NCBI GenBank assembly: GCA_001179505.1 | Contig: CDMY01000515.1 | Location: 1 to 61,175, forward strand | Source: Vitrella brassicaformis CCMP3155 | Lineage: Eukaryota; Protista; Chromerida | DNA length: 61,175 bases | Direction: 5' to 3' | Shown here: in pieces, positions 26,155 to 37,467 of the stretch | How positions within the stretch are numbered: position 1 is the stretch's first letter | Layout: every line of letters starts with the position of its first letter | The notes under the pieces: generated by a model | Told to the model about the DNA's origin: nothing | Database searches by the model: none | Seen by the model: the letters and a program-made list of their open reading frames with translations, nothing else | Program-made: the position numbers and the translations under genes

Positions 26155-26355
26155 GTGTGACGAGATAGCCCAGCTTCTTATCCCTCCCCCTGTCTGCCCC
26201 TGAGGTGTGCGTGTGTATGTGTGTGTGCCGATATGAATATGTGGTTCATCTGCTGGACTGCGTGCGGTGAGATATGTGTCTCCCCGCCTCTCTGTCTCCC
26301 TGCCTGCCTGAGTGAATAGCATGCTGTCCTGTGCGCGTCAATTCATGTCTGTCAG

Positions 26356-26388
<33 letters not shown>

Positions 26389-27305
26389 TCCCTTTGTGTG
26401 ACGGGAGTGCGTTTGTTTGTTTGTATGAAGAAGTAGTCATCGTGAAGTGGGTGAGTGAGTCGAGAGAGCCCTTGGCCCGTGTCTGTCGGTCTGTCGTCTG
26501 TCTGTCTGTCTGTCCTTCCTGGTGCGTGTGTCCGTGTGTGTGAGTTTGTGTGTTGATGTGATTTTGCGAAGTGCATCTGTGGCCCTGTCCATTTGTAGTG
26601 GATTTCTGCTCGATTGGGTGGAGGCTGTAGTGAGTTTCTGTTCTTCTGCAAGGGTCACTATGAATGGTCACCGCAAAAGAGCTTGCAAGCCATCGGTCAG
26701 CCGGTCTATTCATCCCCGAGGGCCGAGACGCACACACTCATGCACCATAATTGGTCGATCAATTCAGGCTCAACCATATCGCACACTTGCAAGTTGTCAT
26801 GTGAATCTGTGTGAGACATGACCACCATTCGGTTGATCTACTATCAGTCAATCACCATTGTGATTCACGGGTGAAGCAGTCACCGCACAATCAAACCGGT
26901 TTGAAGTTGCGTCAGCCAATCAGCGCGACCGACATCAGACTCAAAGCGTCACTCAGTCACTCCGGCCCCTTTCAATGTGATGTCTCACATTAAATGACAT
27001 CAATCCGATTGAGGCGGTGGAGATGCCAAATGAGGGATGAACGAATGAGGGGAGGGAATGATTAAGCAGAGTGATTAGTGCCAGTTTGTGTGTTCTCGTT
27101 GTCATGAGCCGCATGGGTGCACACGCTTCGTTCTCACTTGGTTACATTTCTGTGAGGTCCGCATTCACTTGATTGTGTGGTCCGCATTTCTGTCTCTTGT
27201 CCATCCCGTCACACCCCAACCCAACGTCCCCTTCCCCCACACACGGCACAGACAGATGAACACATCACGAGAGAGTGGGAGACAGCGGCTTCAAAGGAAG
27301 GGGGA

Positions 27306-27336
<31 letters not shown>

Positions 27337-27337
27337 G

Positions 27338-27657
27338 TGTGAAAAACCAACTGGGCTATAGCCGAGATTATCCATCTGCGAGCCGATACATCATTTCCTC
27401 GACACCCCCCTTCAGACCGCAGAGGTAGGGTATTCCCCTTTCCACTCCTGCCTTTCCAACATTTCCGGTGTTACCTCCAGGAATCAAACTCGCGACCCCT
27501 CCGCAGCGCTCAACAGGAGTGTTCTCCGCCCGGCTTGACCCCTTAATGGTGTTAACTGGGGTTCGAACCGAGGTCAGTGGGCACATGACCTGTTGAGAAA
27601 CCAACTGGGCTATAGCCGAGGTTATCCACCTGCGGGCCGACACATAGTTTCGTCACA
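27338..27657 (-). mobile_element. TRIM-like miniature LTR retroelement (320 bp)
   Basis: Two 67-bp TG..CA direct repeats (27338-27404, 27591-27657, ~85% identical), 5-bp flanking duplication AGAGG (27333-27337, 27658-27662), PBS-like GGTCATGTGCCCA and PPT GAAGGGGGG on the minus strand, no ORF. Confidence 0.75.
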
Positions 27658-27971
27658 AGAGGTTTCACAAAATGGGGGGAGAGCGGTTTCACGGAATTCG
27701 TGGGAGAGAGCGGTTTCACGGAGATTTTGCGAGCCAGGGGTGGGAGGGAGGGAGGGAGGGATGTCCCATCCATCCCTCTATCTGTCCCTCCATCTATCTA
27801 TCCCTCCATCTATCGTCAGGCAGATATCGTCCCAGATCTTCACTTCCCACCTTCGAGCCTTCCACCTGATCTACTCTTGCCTCGCCCTCTCTCTTGGCAT
27901 CATCACCTTGATCCTTCCTCGACGACTTGATCATCGCTCTCCATCGCCCTGTCATCTATCTATCGTCGGCA

Positions 27972-29851
27972 ATGGCTCAGCTTGTGGGAATCGTGTGGAC
28001 TCTGCTGGTCGCCCTGTCCCTGGTGGCCAGTCAGCCCTCTGCAAACAAGACGCCTGTGGTTTCCTACAGCACATTCAGCCTGGTGAGTGATGGTGCCGCC
28101 AACGACCAGCCGCGCGTCCGTGCCCTCAGCAGTCTGCCACCGCGTCCAGCTGGTGCAGCTGGCATCCACCGCATCATCGTCAAGCTCAAGCACCCACACA
28201 CCGAGGGCCTTGCCCGCGCAGAGACCATCTCGAGGGCACTGCAGGCCTCCCTGTCAGCCGAGACCACCGTGCACACGGCTGAGACGACGGTCCACCACCT
28301 CAACAGCTTGTCCATGGACGTGGTGGATCTGCCGCTAGGTGTCGATGCAGCGGCCACATGCGAGGCTGCCCTCCTGGTGTCGGATGAGATCGACATCTGC
28401 GAGCCGGATGCCGTTGTTGCGACGGCTTCTGGCCGCAGGCTGCGTGCCCGGGCAGCACAGGAGCCCAACCGCTTCGTGCCCGACGACCCAATCTTCAAGG
28501 AGCAGTGGGGGATGGCCAGCATCGATATGCCCGAGGCCTGGGCCTTCCTGTCTGAGCAGCAGCAGGAGACGGCCAGTGGGGCCGACTCAGTGGGCAAAGG
28601 TACGGTGGTCGGGGTGATTGACACCGGTGACTACACCCATCCGGACCTCAAGGACGCCATGTGGGTCAATCAAGGCGAGATCGCTGGCAACGGCATCGAT
28701 GACGACGGTAGGGATGCAGGGAGGGAGGGAGGGAGGATGCAGGAAGGGACATCCACACACACGATCTGCATGCATTCCTGGGTCTGTATGTGTCTGTGTG
28801 CAGGTAACGGCTTTGTTGATGACATTCACGGCTGGGCTTGGTGCGACGGATCCGAGAACCCGCACATTGGCGACGGCGATCCTATGGATGAGGGTGGCCA
28901 CGGCACTCACTGTGCAGGGACCATAGCGGCGACTGCCAACAACCAGGAGGGCATCGCAGGCGTGGCATTTGGCAGAACCAAGATCATGGCACTCAAATTC
29001 CTCTGCGGCCCGGTAAGTCGAGTAAACATAGGGTCGCGAAGCGCTCAAATCACATGTCTGTGTGCGCCTGCATCAGCTTGGTAATGGGTACACTGCTGAC
29101 TCGATCCACGCGATCAACTATGCCGTTGCCATGGGGGCCACACTAACAAGCAACAGCTGGGGCTACCTTGGGTTTACTGCATACAGGGCGCTCGAGGAGG
29201 CCATCAGGAAGGCAGAGGAGGCCAACATGCTGTTCATCGCCGCGGCTGGCAACGAATACAACGACAATGACGGCCCCAGGAAAGGCTACCCGGCATCATC
29301 TGAGCTGGACAGCATCATCAGCGTCGGCGCGGCGACTAAGGAAGGAGAGAAGGCGTGGTTCAGCAACTACGGCCTCGAGAGCGTTGACGTGTTTGCGCCG
29401 GGGACGAGAATCGCCTCGACCGTGCCCAATGGCAAGTATGAGAAAATGCAGGGCACCAGCATGGCAACGCCATTCGTCGCTGGTACGCAAGCACTGAGGA
29501 CTGCTGTGTGATACCCATTAGACGATCCACTCAATCGCTGCTTTGTCTGTGACTTCAGGTTTGGCTGCCCTTCTGTGGTCGATGGATCCGGCGCAGAGCT
29601 ATCGCGACATCAAGCATCGCATTCTGTCGACTTCCGAGAAGATGGACTCGCTCGAGGGCCTGTGCGTCACGGGGGGCCAGGTCAACGCACTGAAGGCCGT
29701 CACGTGTGCCGATTGCAAATGGACCCCCACGGAGCTGCCGATGGAGGAGTTCGCATGGCATCAGTGGGCCTTGCTGGGTGGAGGGGCTGCTGTCTTGTTC
29801 GTGGGTGTCCTGGTCACGTGTTATTGCCTGTTCTCGCGAAAGACCATCTAG
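27972..29851 (+). CDS. Subtilisin-like S8 serine protease, copy 2 (signal peptide, prodomain, catalytic domain, C-terminal TM)
   Basis: MAQLVGIVWTLLVALSLVA signal; DTG, HGTHC, AAGN and GTSMA motifs; introns 28708-28803, 29013-29076 and 29483-29558; hydrophobic WALLGGGAAVLFVGVLVTCYCLF before the stop. Confidence 0.93.
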
Positions 29852-30700
29852 CAGCCGAGGACCACATAAGGGTCGCCCACGCCTACTGGCCGTGTTGGTG
29901 CAAGGCTGCCTGTTCTCCTTTTCCTGTCTGCAACTAGGCCAGTCGATATCTGTATGCACACGTATGTATCTGTGTGGGTTGTGGGTGTGCGTGTGAATGT
30001 GTGCATGGTGGTGTACTGCTGTATTGTATTGTGTTCTAGCCTAGTGGGTGAGAGGTATGTATAGGTAGTTCTTCGTTCGTTCGTTTGTTCGTTCGCTGGT
30101 CGGCCGGCAGCGCCGCGCCACTCACTGCCACTCACCGCCACTCACTGTCTCGCGCAGCCTAGTCGGCTGCATCTGCTCTTCGTGTGTGAAATAGATAGTT
30201 CTCTCTCTGAATAGCCCTTGTTGTTTGTGTTAATATCAGTACCTAGCTAAGCCCTGGTCTACCGAGCTCTGACCTGATAGCTCTGACCTGATCTCAGTGC
30301 TTCGGTGTCTTTGTTGCTGTGCGTGTGCTCTGATCTGATCATTCTCTGTCAATAGCAAGTGACTGTGTGTATGTGTGTGTGCCATCTTCTCGCGTGATCC
30401 GACCTGACCTGAGTGGCTCGTTGTCTGTGTTCGTGTGTGTGTGTGTGTGCTCTGATATGATCATTCTCTGTCAATAGCAAGTGACTGCACTGCACACTGA
30501 TGATGTGTATGCGGCGTGAATGGTATGGGACGGGGAGGGGAGGGGAGGGGTGGTGGGAGATGGGACGGATAAGAGACCGACGAGAGACACATGCGCACCA
30601 CACATGTATACGTCAAGTGAATGATATGACATGAGATTTCCAAATGAGAACGAAATGTGCTCCAAGGCGCATGTCTCTCATAAGTTCACGTGGAGAGACA
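28574..30700 (+). repeat. Segmental duplicate of window positions 1-~2000 (subtilisin plus 3' flank)
   Basis: Near-identical exons and introns at offset ~28573. The downstream flank (gtagttcttcgttcg..gcctagtcggctgcatctgctc, tgagaacgaaatgtgc) recurs at 1430-1985 and 30065-30660. The right boundary is approximate. Confidence 0.85.
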
Positions 30701-31182
30701 GTCAGACACTTTCACATCACGCAGCTGTCTCGACGAACACAGGTGTGCGCAGCTACATACATACATACATACATATGCACATACGATCGATCGATGTGTT
30801 GTATTTGCTTTGTTTCTCGCTGACAGTGCGTGAATCGATAAGCAATGAGAGAACGAGCCGCTGACCGAATTGTCGTAACGCTAGTTGAGGCTGTCCGCTG
30901 CTGCCGGATTTGCCATGATGATTTACTAACTTTCACCAATGTGTTTGTCTGGTGCCCCAAATGGATCCCACCACAGATGCACTGTGTACATAAACACACA
31001 TGTACCGGCGCCCAGCACAATACAATACAACCTAACACAACGAACACGTATGCAAGGCATACAGACAGAACGGCACGAGGCACTACCTACGAGAGAGTAG
31101 GCTCAGGGAGAGAACACACCACGACAGAAACTATACATAGACAAGGATGCCACAGCCACAGTGCTATTCTTGATGGCATCCA

Positions 31183-31783
31183 TTATGCACAGCAAAAGCA
31201 ACAGTGCTCATGGATCTTCTGCCTTTGCTGCGCACGAGTGTGGAAGAAGTCGGCCGTGGCGGCGACCCCAATATAGTATTTGTTGGCGATTAGCTTGCAG
31301 GCGCGCAGCAAGAAGCGGGACGTCGCGGATGTTTGACACTCACGGATGAGAGCATCACGGAAGTCGTTGTTGCAGTCATCGGCATTCGACCCTGACCAGA
31401 GAGAAGCAGAGGAGGCCACGATGAGGAGAACAGACACACATTGTTCTTTCCCCTGCAACGTCTCTCCCTTCCCCTCCTACCTAGCGTATAGTAGCAGCGG
31501 TCGTGCTCATTGCACACCTCTGTGAAGTCGACGCTCCCATACTTGTTCGGCACGCCGCTGCACCCGTCCGGCGCCTGCCACAGACCAGCGAGACGAGCAC
31601 TGTGTCGTCGCGTTCGTTGTGCGGTCATTTCACCTTTACCTGTGCGTAGGGAGAGCTGCAAGGCGCCAACAGATCGTCACACGCATCCAGGCGCCTGATG
31701 GTCGTATCCTTCCCTGTAGGTGACGCCACCGACAGTCCAGCGAGCAGGAGAAGAATCACAGCGGTGTGGCTTCCTGTCGACAT
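31183..31783 (-). CDS. Secreted phospholipase A2-like protein A (catalytic HD intact)
   Basis: Exons 31783-31640, 31574-31481 and 31391-31183: signal peptide, PDGCSG..DFTEVCNEHDRCYYTLG..DDCNNDFRDALIREC, the NGC/CxxHDxCY/CDxxF pattern of secreted PLA2 (group XII/prokaryotic-like). Confidence 0.82.
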
Positions 31784-32016
31784 CTCGAACTCGTGGTGAC
31801 GCAGAGAAAACCTATGGGGATCTTTATCGGTAAGCGACGGAGGATCTGGGAGGAAAACTGGACTGGGGAGGAGGGGAGAGGCCCAAATGGAGGGTTCTGG
31901 GTCACGGGTTCAAACCCTTCCTTTAACCCCTTCCTGCCGGGCAGATCTTCGCAGAGGTCCTCCGTACTTTTCCCTCCGCCTCGCTTTCGCTTGCGTTACC
32001 ACTCGAGATCATCATC
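31784..32016. promoter_or_regulatory. Candidate bidirectional promoter of the PLA2 pair (233 bp between ATGs)
   Basis: Position between divergent start codons; no specific site validated. Confidence 0.5.
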
Positions 32017-32604
32017 ATGTCGGCAGGAAGCCACACCGCTCTGATGGTCCTCATGCTCGCTGGACTGTCGGTGGCGTCACCTACCGGGAACGATACGAGC
32101 CCCCTCAGGCGCCTCCCTCCTTGCGAGGCCGATTTGTTGGCGCCTTGCACCTCTTGGATCGCAAAGCCGGTAGAGGCCGAATGAGCCCACGCGACAACAA
32201 ATTCTGCTCGTTGGTCCGTGGTAGGTGCCGAACGGTTGTCCCACTGGGGTGCCGAGCTCGCTTGGGAGCGCTGACTTCACACTCGCGTGCCAAAAGCACT
32301 TCATCTGCTACTACACGATAGGTAGGGAGGGGAGGATGCTGACGTTGGCTTGGTGGCAGGACAAGGGTTTTATCTCTCTGTTCTCTCCCTTGTTTCTCTC
32401 TGGTCAGGGACGAAAGCCGATGACTGCAACAACTGGTTCCTTAATGATCTCATTACCGCGTGTGAAACCACGACAAATTTCTTCTGTAAGCCCGCCGTCA
32501 GGGCGGCCCATGCAGGCTTCGTCGCTACGGCCGACTTCTACCACGGCCGTGCGCAGCAGGGGCAGAGGGATCATGAGTGCTGGTGCTTCGGCGCCAGCTG
32601 CTGA
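32017..32604 (+). CDS. Secreted phospholipase A2-like protein B (HD changed to HF)
   Basis: Exons 32017-32169, 32225-32321 and 32408-32604: PNGCPTG..DFTLACQKHFICYYTIG..DDCNNWFLNDLITAC. Same intron positions as copy A. Confidence 0.8.
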
Positions 32605-33076
32605 CTGCACTCGTCTGACGGTGATGCGTGCGTCTCTGTTCTGTCACATGTACATGTGTGTCTGTCTGCGTGCTGCGCGTGCATGTGTGTGTGTGTACAA
32701 AGAGAGCCGGCCTGCCTTACTGTACGTGTGATGCGTCTGCACTGCATAGTCGACTGGTTTCTGGTGTGGTGAGCGTCCTGTCCTCGGCCCATGTGCGTAC
32801 TGTGTTATGATGTTTGTGACACCGGGGGGGAAGAGAAGAGGGGCAGAGGAACGCCGGGTCCATTCATTCAGTTTGCATTCCACACTTCCTCTTCCGTCCA
32901 TGCAGCCAGCAAACCATCAAAAGGCAAACACGGCAGGCCCCTGCACGTATGCAGCTGCTCGACACAACAGGTGTCTTGTGCTGCGCTACAGAGTGTGAAT
33001 CATTAGCTACAGAGCAGGGGCCTTGGTCTTCCAGAACTGAGAGTCACAGAGAGGCAGCCAACCAGTGCACTCATGA

Positions 33077-34689
33077 CTATAATATTAACACTCGTCTGTA
33101 TCCACCGACCTTCTTCCATGCGGGGTCCTTCCGGCAGCCCGGGCACGTCCTGCACCGACGCACCCACACACACAACACATGCACACGTCCATCACACGGA
33201 TTAAGCGGCCTGACTGACTTAGTGCCTGAGCGACTGACCATGTCGGTGGGTTGTCGGTTTCGCGTAGGCCGACACACGGGAAGTGAAACCACTCGCCAAA
33301 CCGACACTGCATCAACGCACCGTCGATGGATGGATGGATGGATGCACAAACAACACACGCACACGACGTCGGTCTGGGCTGTGTGGTTGGGTGCATTGTG
33401 TCGCTGTGTATTGTGTGTGCAACTCTCTCTGTGTGTGTGTGTTGCGTACATCCTCGTTCTCGCACGCTATCATCAGGCCGTCAGAAGGCTGCATGAATGC
33501 ACCAGCAGACAGACAGACAGACAGTCACACGTAGAGGCAGAGGGAGATCCACGAAGCATCATACCGATTTGCAGAAACAGTAGAGTGGGTCGGCCGATGT
33601 GGGCTTTCCCTCTCCCTCAGCACCCAATGCTGACCCCTCCAAGCCCCTGACGGACGAACAAACAAAGAAACAAACAAACAAACGAATCCATCAGTGTCGT
33701 CCCTGTGTGAGTGTGGATGCGTACAGTGAGTGCTCCTGCTTCTGTTTCTTGAGCAGTTTGGGGATCAGCTTGGGAATGTGGTGCTTCCTCTTGCGATGGT
33801 GCTTGGCGTTATGCGCGCCGCCAGCGCCCAAACCTGCTGCAGACGGACCCCCTGGCGCACCCGGCAAAAAACAGAACAGCACATACATGGATCGTCCATG
33901 TGCGTGTGTGGACCGTCCATGTGCGTGTGTGTGTGTGCTGACCTGGTGCCTCAGCGGCTGGTGGGTTGTACTTATCGTCCATCTCCTTCACCTTCTGGTC
34001 CAACTGATACACACAGACACAGACACAGACACAGCCAGCCATTGATCCACCACTGGCACTGTGTGCTATGTGTGTTGTGTGGTTGTGTGATGAGATACGT
34101 GGTCGTAGAACTCCATGACGAGGTGCAGTTTGCGGTCGGCCATCTCCCTCACCTGCCCCTTCATCTCATCCAGGTTCTCAAGCTTCCCCCTGTCCTCCTC
34201 GCCCATCTCACTGTCGATCAGTGGCAGTGCTGCCGCCCCACGCTTGGCCTTAAGCCGGTCGTGCTGCTGCACGTGCAGCTCCTTGTGCAGCGCCTCCACG
34301 GCCCGCATCAGGTCCGTCTGCCGCTCGTCCAATTCACGGATCTCAAACAGCTTCGCCTTGGTCAGCGCCGGGATCTCCTGCAGCGAGTTGAGCGTCTCCA
34401 CCAACACCCCCTCGTGGACGGTGTCCGAAGGGTCTCCCGCCACGCTGAACGAGCCGCAGGGCGGCTCCAGGGCATCTGGGAAGAACCCGCCGCGGAACGA
34501 CGCTATCGACGTGTTCTCGTGCGGCGAATCGTCCTCCGATGGTGACCACTTGATGACACCTCTCCTATCGGCGCCGTCCTCGGTCGCTCCGTTGTTGTCT
34601 ATGTGGTTGTGGGGCAGAGAACGTGGTAGAGCTGACATGTCGGACTCGTAGAGGGGCGGTGCGCCGCAGACAGTGCTGCCTGACGCCAT
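33077..34689 (-). CDS. ING: ING-family chromatin reader (ING N-terminal helical domain plus PHD finger)
   Basis: ETLNSLQEIPAL..IRELD..MADRKLHLVMEFYD, then spliced PHD [40 protein letters not shown]. The start is uncertain (frame open to 34893). Confidence 0.87.
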
Positions 34690-35022
34690 GCCGTTCTTGT
34701 CAAGAGGCTCCATCAGCCAAGCTACGTCTTCAACTTCTGAAAACACAAACTCACCGCTTGAGCGTGCACTGAAGGAATGAGAGGGGCGCTCTGAGGGGAT
34801 TGTTCCCATGGATTCCAGCATGATTGATGCTACCTGGTCACTGCCTAACAAGGTCAAATGGATTGCTGAAGCAATCACAACGAGAAATAGCACTGGTCAC
34901 ACTGCGATAAACTCATCGTAGAACACGAAAAATACAACACGAGCGCTCAGAAGCTACTGACGGCTGCTCACTCCCTGTCTGCCGGGGCTTCCTAAAGTCT
35001 ACGAACACTTGACTCATCCGCC

Positions 35023-37305
35023 TTATTTAGCAGCCACTACCACTCCCTGTGTCTTGCCATCGATGCCCGTCTTGGTCGGCTCCAGCAGCTCCGCCCAGAA
35101 GGTCAGGGGCCTCTCGCGCGGCGCGTCTGCCTTCGGCTGCCACGGCTCGCTGAAGGGGAGGGTGCACTTGATCTCATAGGTCTTGTTGGCGGCGGCTGGG
35201 GTGAGCAGTGACGCCACCACCAAGTCAGCCACGTCCTCACGAGAGATCTTGCCCTTGATCTCGTCGCCTTGGCCGATCTGGAGAGGCGCGCCGGCTGGCT
35301 CCTCTGTGAGTGCGCATGGCCGGATGACGCTGTAGGTGACGCCGCTGTCGCGCACCACATCCTCGCCCTTCAACTTGTAGGTCAGAATGCCGCCCTGAAC
35401 ACACACAACCACACACACACACACACTTGTGACGTGGTTGGTGTCATCGCAGCAGCTATATCTTCCCTCCCCCTGGCTGACCAGCATGTCGTTCATGCGC
35501 ACAGCCGGCGGCTCCTTCTCGAGGTCGAGTCCAGGCCTGCCGGGTCGCGTGACGCCGGCAGATGACACCTGAATCAGTCTGGGCGACTTCGCTGACTCGT
35601 CAGGGTAGGCCTCCATTGACTGCACGACCAACCTGACACACCCAACACACATTTGAATGCATGTGCGCATGAATGGGTGCCGGTGGCTGACCTGAATTTG
35701 CCTGGAGTGAAGGAGGGGTTGAGCTCGCCGTCGAATTCGAACTTGGAGAGCATCAGCTGCAGCGAGTATATTTCATTCGTCTTAAGCTTGGCAGAAGGAT
35801 CCTGCACAGAACATACGGAGAAAAAGAGCCATCCATCAAGTGACGGGCAGGTGCGAGTGGCTGAGTGGCTGACCTTCGTCTTCATGTTTCGAAAATTCTG
35901 AACAAAGTCTGAGAAGGGCAGGTCGACGGTGACCCACTCGTCTTTGACAGTGTCGAAGCCCATGCCCCATGAAGGCGAATCCCACCTGCACACACCGCAA
36001 GACAAAAAAAAGTCGATGTCCGCTTCCCATCCATCTCTGCTGTCCTCACCCGGCATTGTCGCGTATCTGCATTTTGTAGCGCGATCCGTCCCCCTTGATG
36101 CGTAGTCGCAGCCCTTCATAGGCAGACAGGTCGAGAGGCGGGTCGAACTTGCGGGTCCGAACAGACACAAAACCGCCGAAATTGGCCGTCTTGACTTCGC
36201 CGCTGAAGACGGCTGCGACGGTCGCACCTGTAGACACACACTCAGAGAGAGAGAGAGAGAGCATGAGGGCAATCGGGCTTTGAGCTGAATGACGTCATGT
36301 GTTTTGCTGACCTGTGTTTGGTTCTGCTGCCCCTGGTTCCAGTTTGATGTTGCTCTCCGACACCCCGCCCATGACCACGTCATCGAGCGGCCCCCACGCC
36401 TCCCATGTGTCGTGAAAACCAGGCTGCAGGCACAAACATAACACACACACACACACACACACACAAAAGTTGATGCATCCAGCACTCCATCAAGCGTCTT
36501 CCAGTCCATCTGCTCACCTGCGCGCTGAAGAGCTTGAGTGTGTCGAGCGATGCGAACCGCTGTGCGGCCTCCACCACATTCTGGACACCACGGAAGTCCA
36601 CCTCTTCGGGCGAGTCAACCACCATGGGCTCGAAGAACTTGATGCCCTGATAATATTTCTCGCGATCCGGCGTGTCGCCCTCGCGCGGCGTCACGATGGC
36701 GGCACTGCAGATGATGACGGCCACAACGTCGCGGAAGAGGTGCGGGCGTATCTCTTCGGGCTTGGTGATATCAGCGGCAGCGATCTCCAAGCCATCGTTC
36801 TTGAGAGAGGGCTCTTTGCCGCCACTGAGGAAGGCTAGGCCCTTGCTCTTGTTGCGGACGATGGCCCGCACCCGCATGCCGCGTTTCCTCAGCCGCTCCA
36901 CCACCCTCTTGCCCACACCGCCGGTGCCACCAACCACCTACACACAGGCAACACAACCGCAAGGCAACAAATGTGCAGATGCGCATTTCATGTGCCGTGT
37001 TGCTGCTAATGTAGCAGTACCAAGACAGTGCCTCGTCGCAGGTCATCGGGCATGGTGGTGTCGGCGAGAGGAGAAGACGACAGCCCGGGTGCGCGGGCAG
37101 ATGGCGCCATGACGCCGCGAAAGAATGTCTGGAGTGCGCGGCCAATCGGCCATGCCTCTCGAGTGGCCTCCGCCAAGTGAAGACGAGAGCGATGGCTGCG
37201 GCAGTCTTTCGAAGATCGGCAGAGGACAGATGAGTGGTGAGGTCGAAACCCGGATGAAACAACAGCCAGTAGAGGAAGCAGCAGAACGATAAAGAGCGCC
37301 TGCAT
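35023..37305 (-). CDS. Plastid-targeted NAD(P)-binding Rossmann protein with CIA30 insertion (HCF173/At4g18810-like)
   Basis: VVGGTGGVG Rossmann motif, W..LDGVMGG, NFGGFVSVRT, GDG.RYK, SLQLMLSKFEFDGELNP, YKLKGED..RDSG..Y.VIRP, GKISREDVAD. The N terminus is a signal peptide ending VSSG followed by F and an S/R-rich transit-like stretch. Confidence 0.88.
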
Positions 37306-37467
37306 GACGGCGGATCAGGGAGTGAGAGAGCGGTTTCACGGAATGTCCTAAGCGGCCTGACGGATGAGGGTGCGTATTTGCGAGCTTGAAGGTTGGATCG
37401 GCGGCGAGAAAAGGCCCAGATCTGACGGTCTACGAAGCATGGACACATCAGTATAGAAGTCACGGCT

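Noticed and set aside
27540-27620. Possible tRNA gene (A-box, GGTTCGAACC, ends in CCA on the minus strand)
   Set aside because: No D-stem, anticodon stem or acceptor pairing can be formed; better explained as part of the TRIM.
30323-30486. ~41-bp direct repeat (gtgctctgat.tgatcattctctgtcaatagcaagtgactg) as CRISPR-like or LTR
   Set aside because: Only two copies, no TG..CA ends, PBS, PPT or TSD, and a microsatellite spacer; a local duplication in eukaryotic DNA.
34690-34893. Hydrophobic signal-like N terminus (MLFLVVIASAIHLTLL) on the ING ORF
   Set aside because: ING proteins are nuclear; this is likely an open 5' UTR upstream of the real start, and the ORF start is not an ATG.
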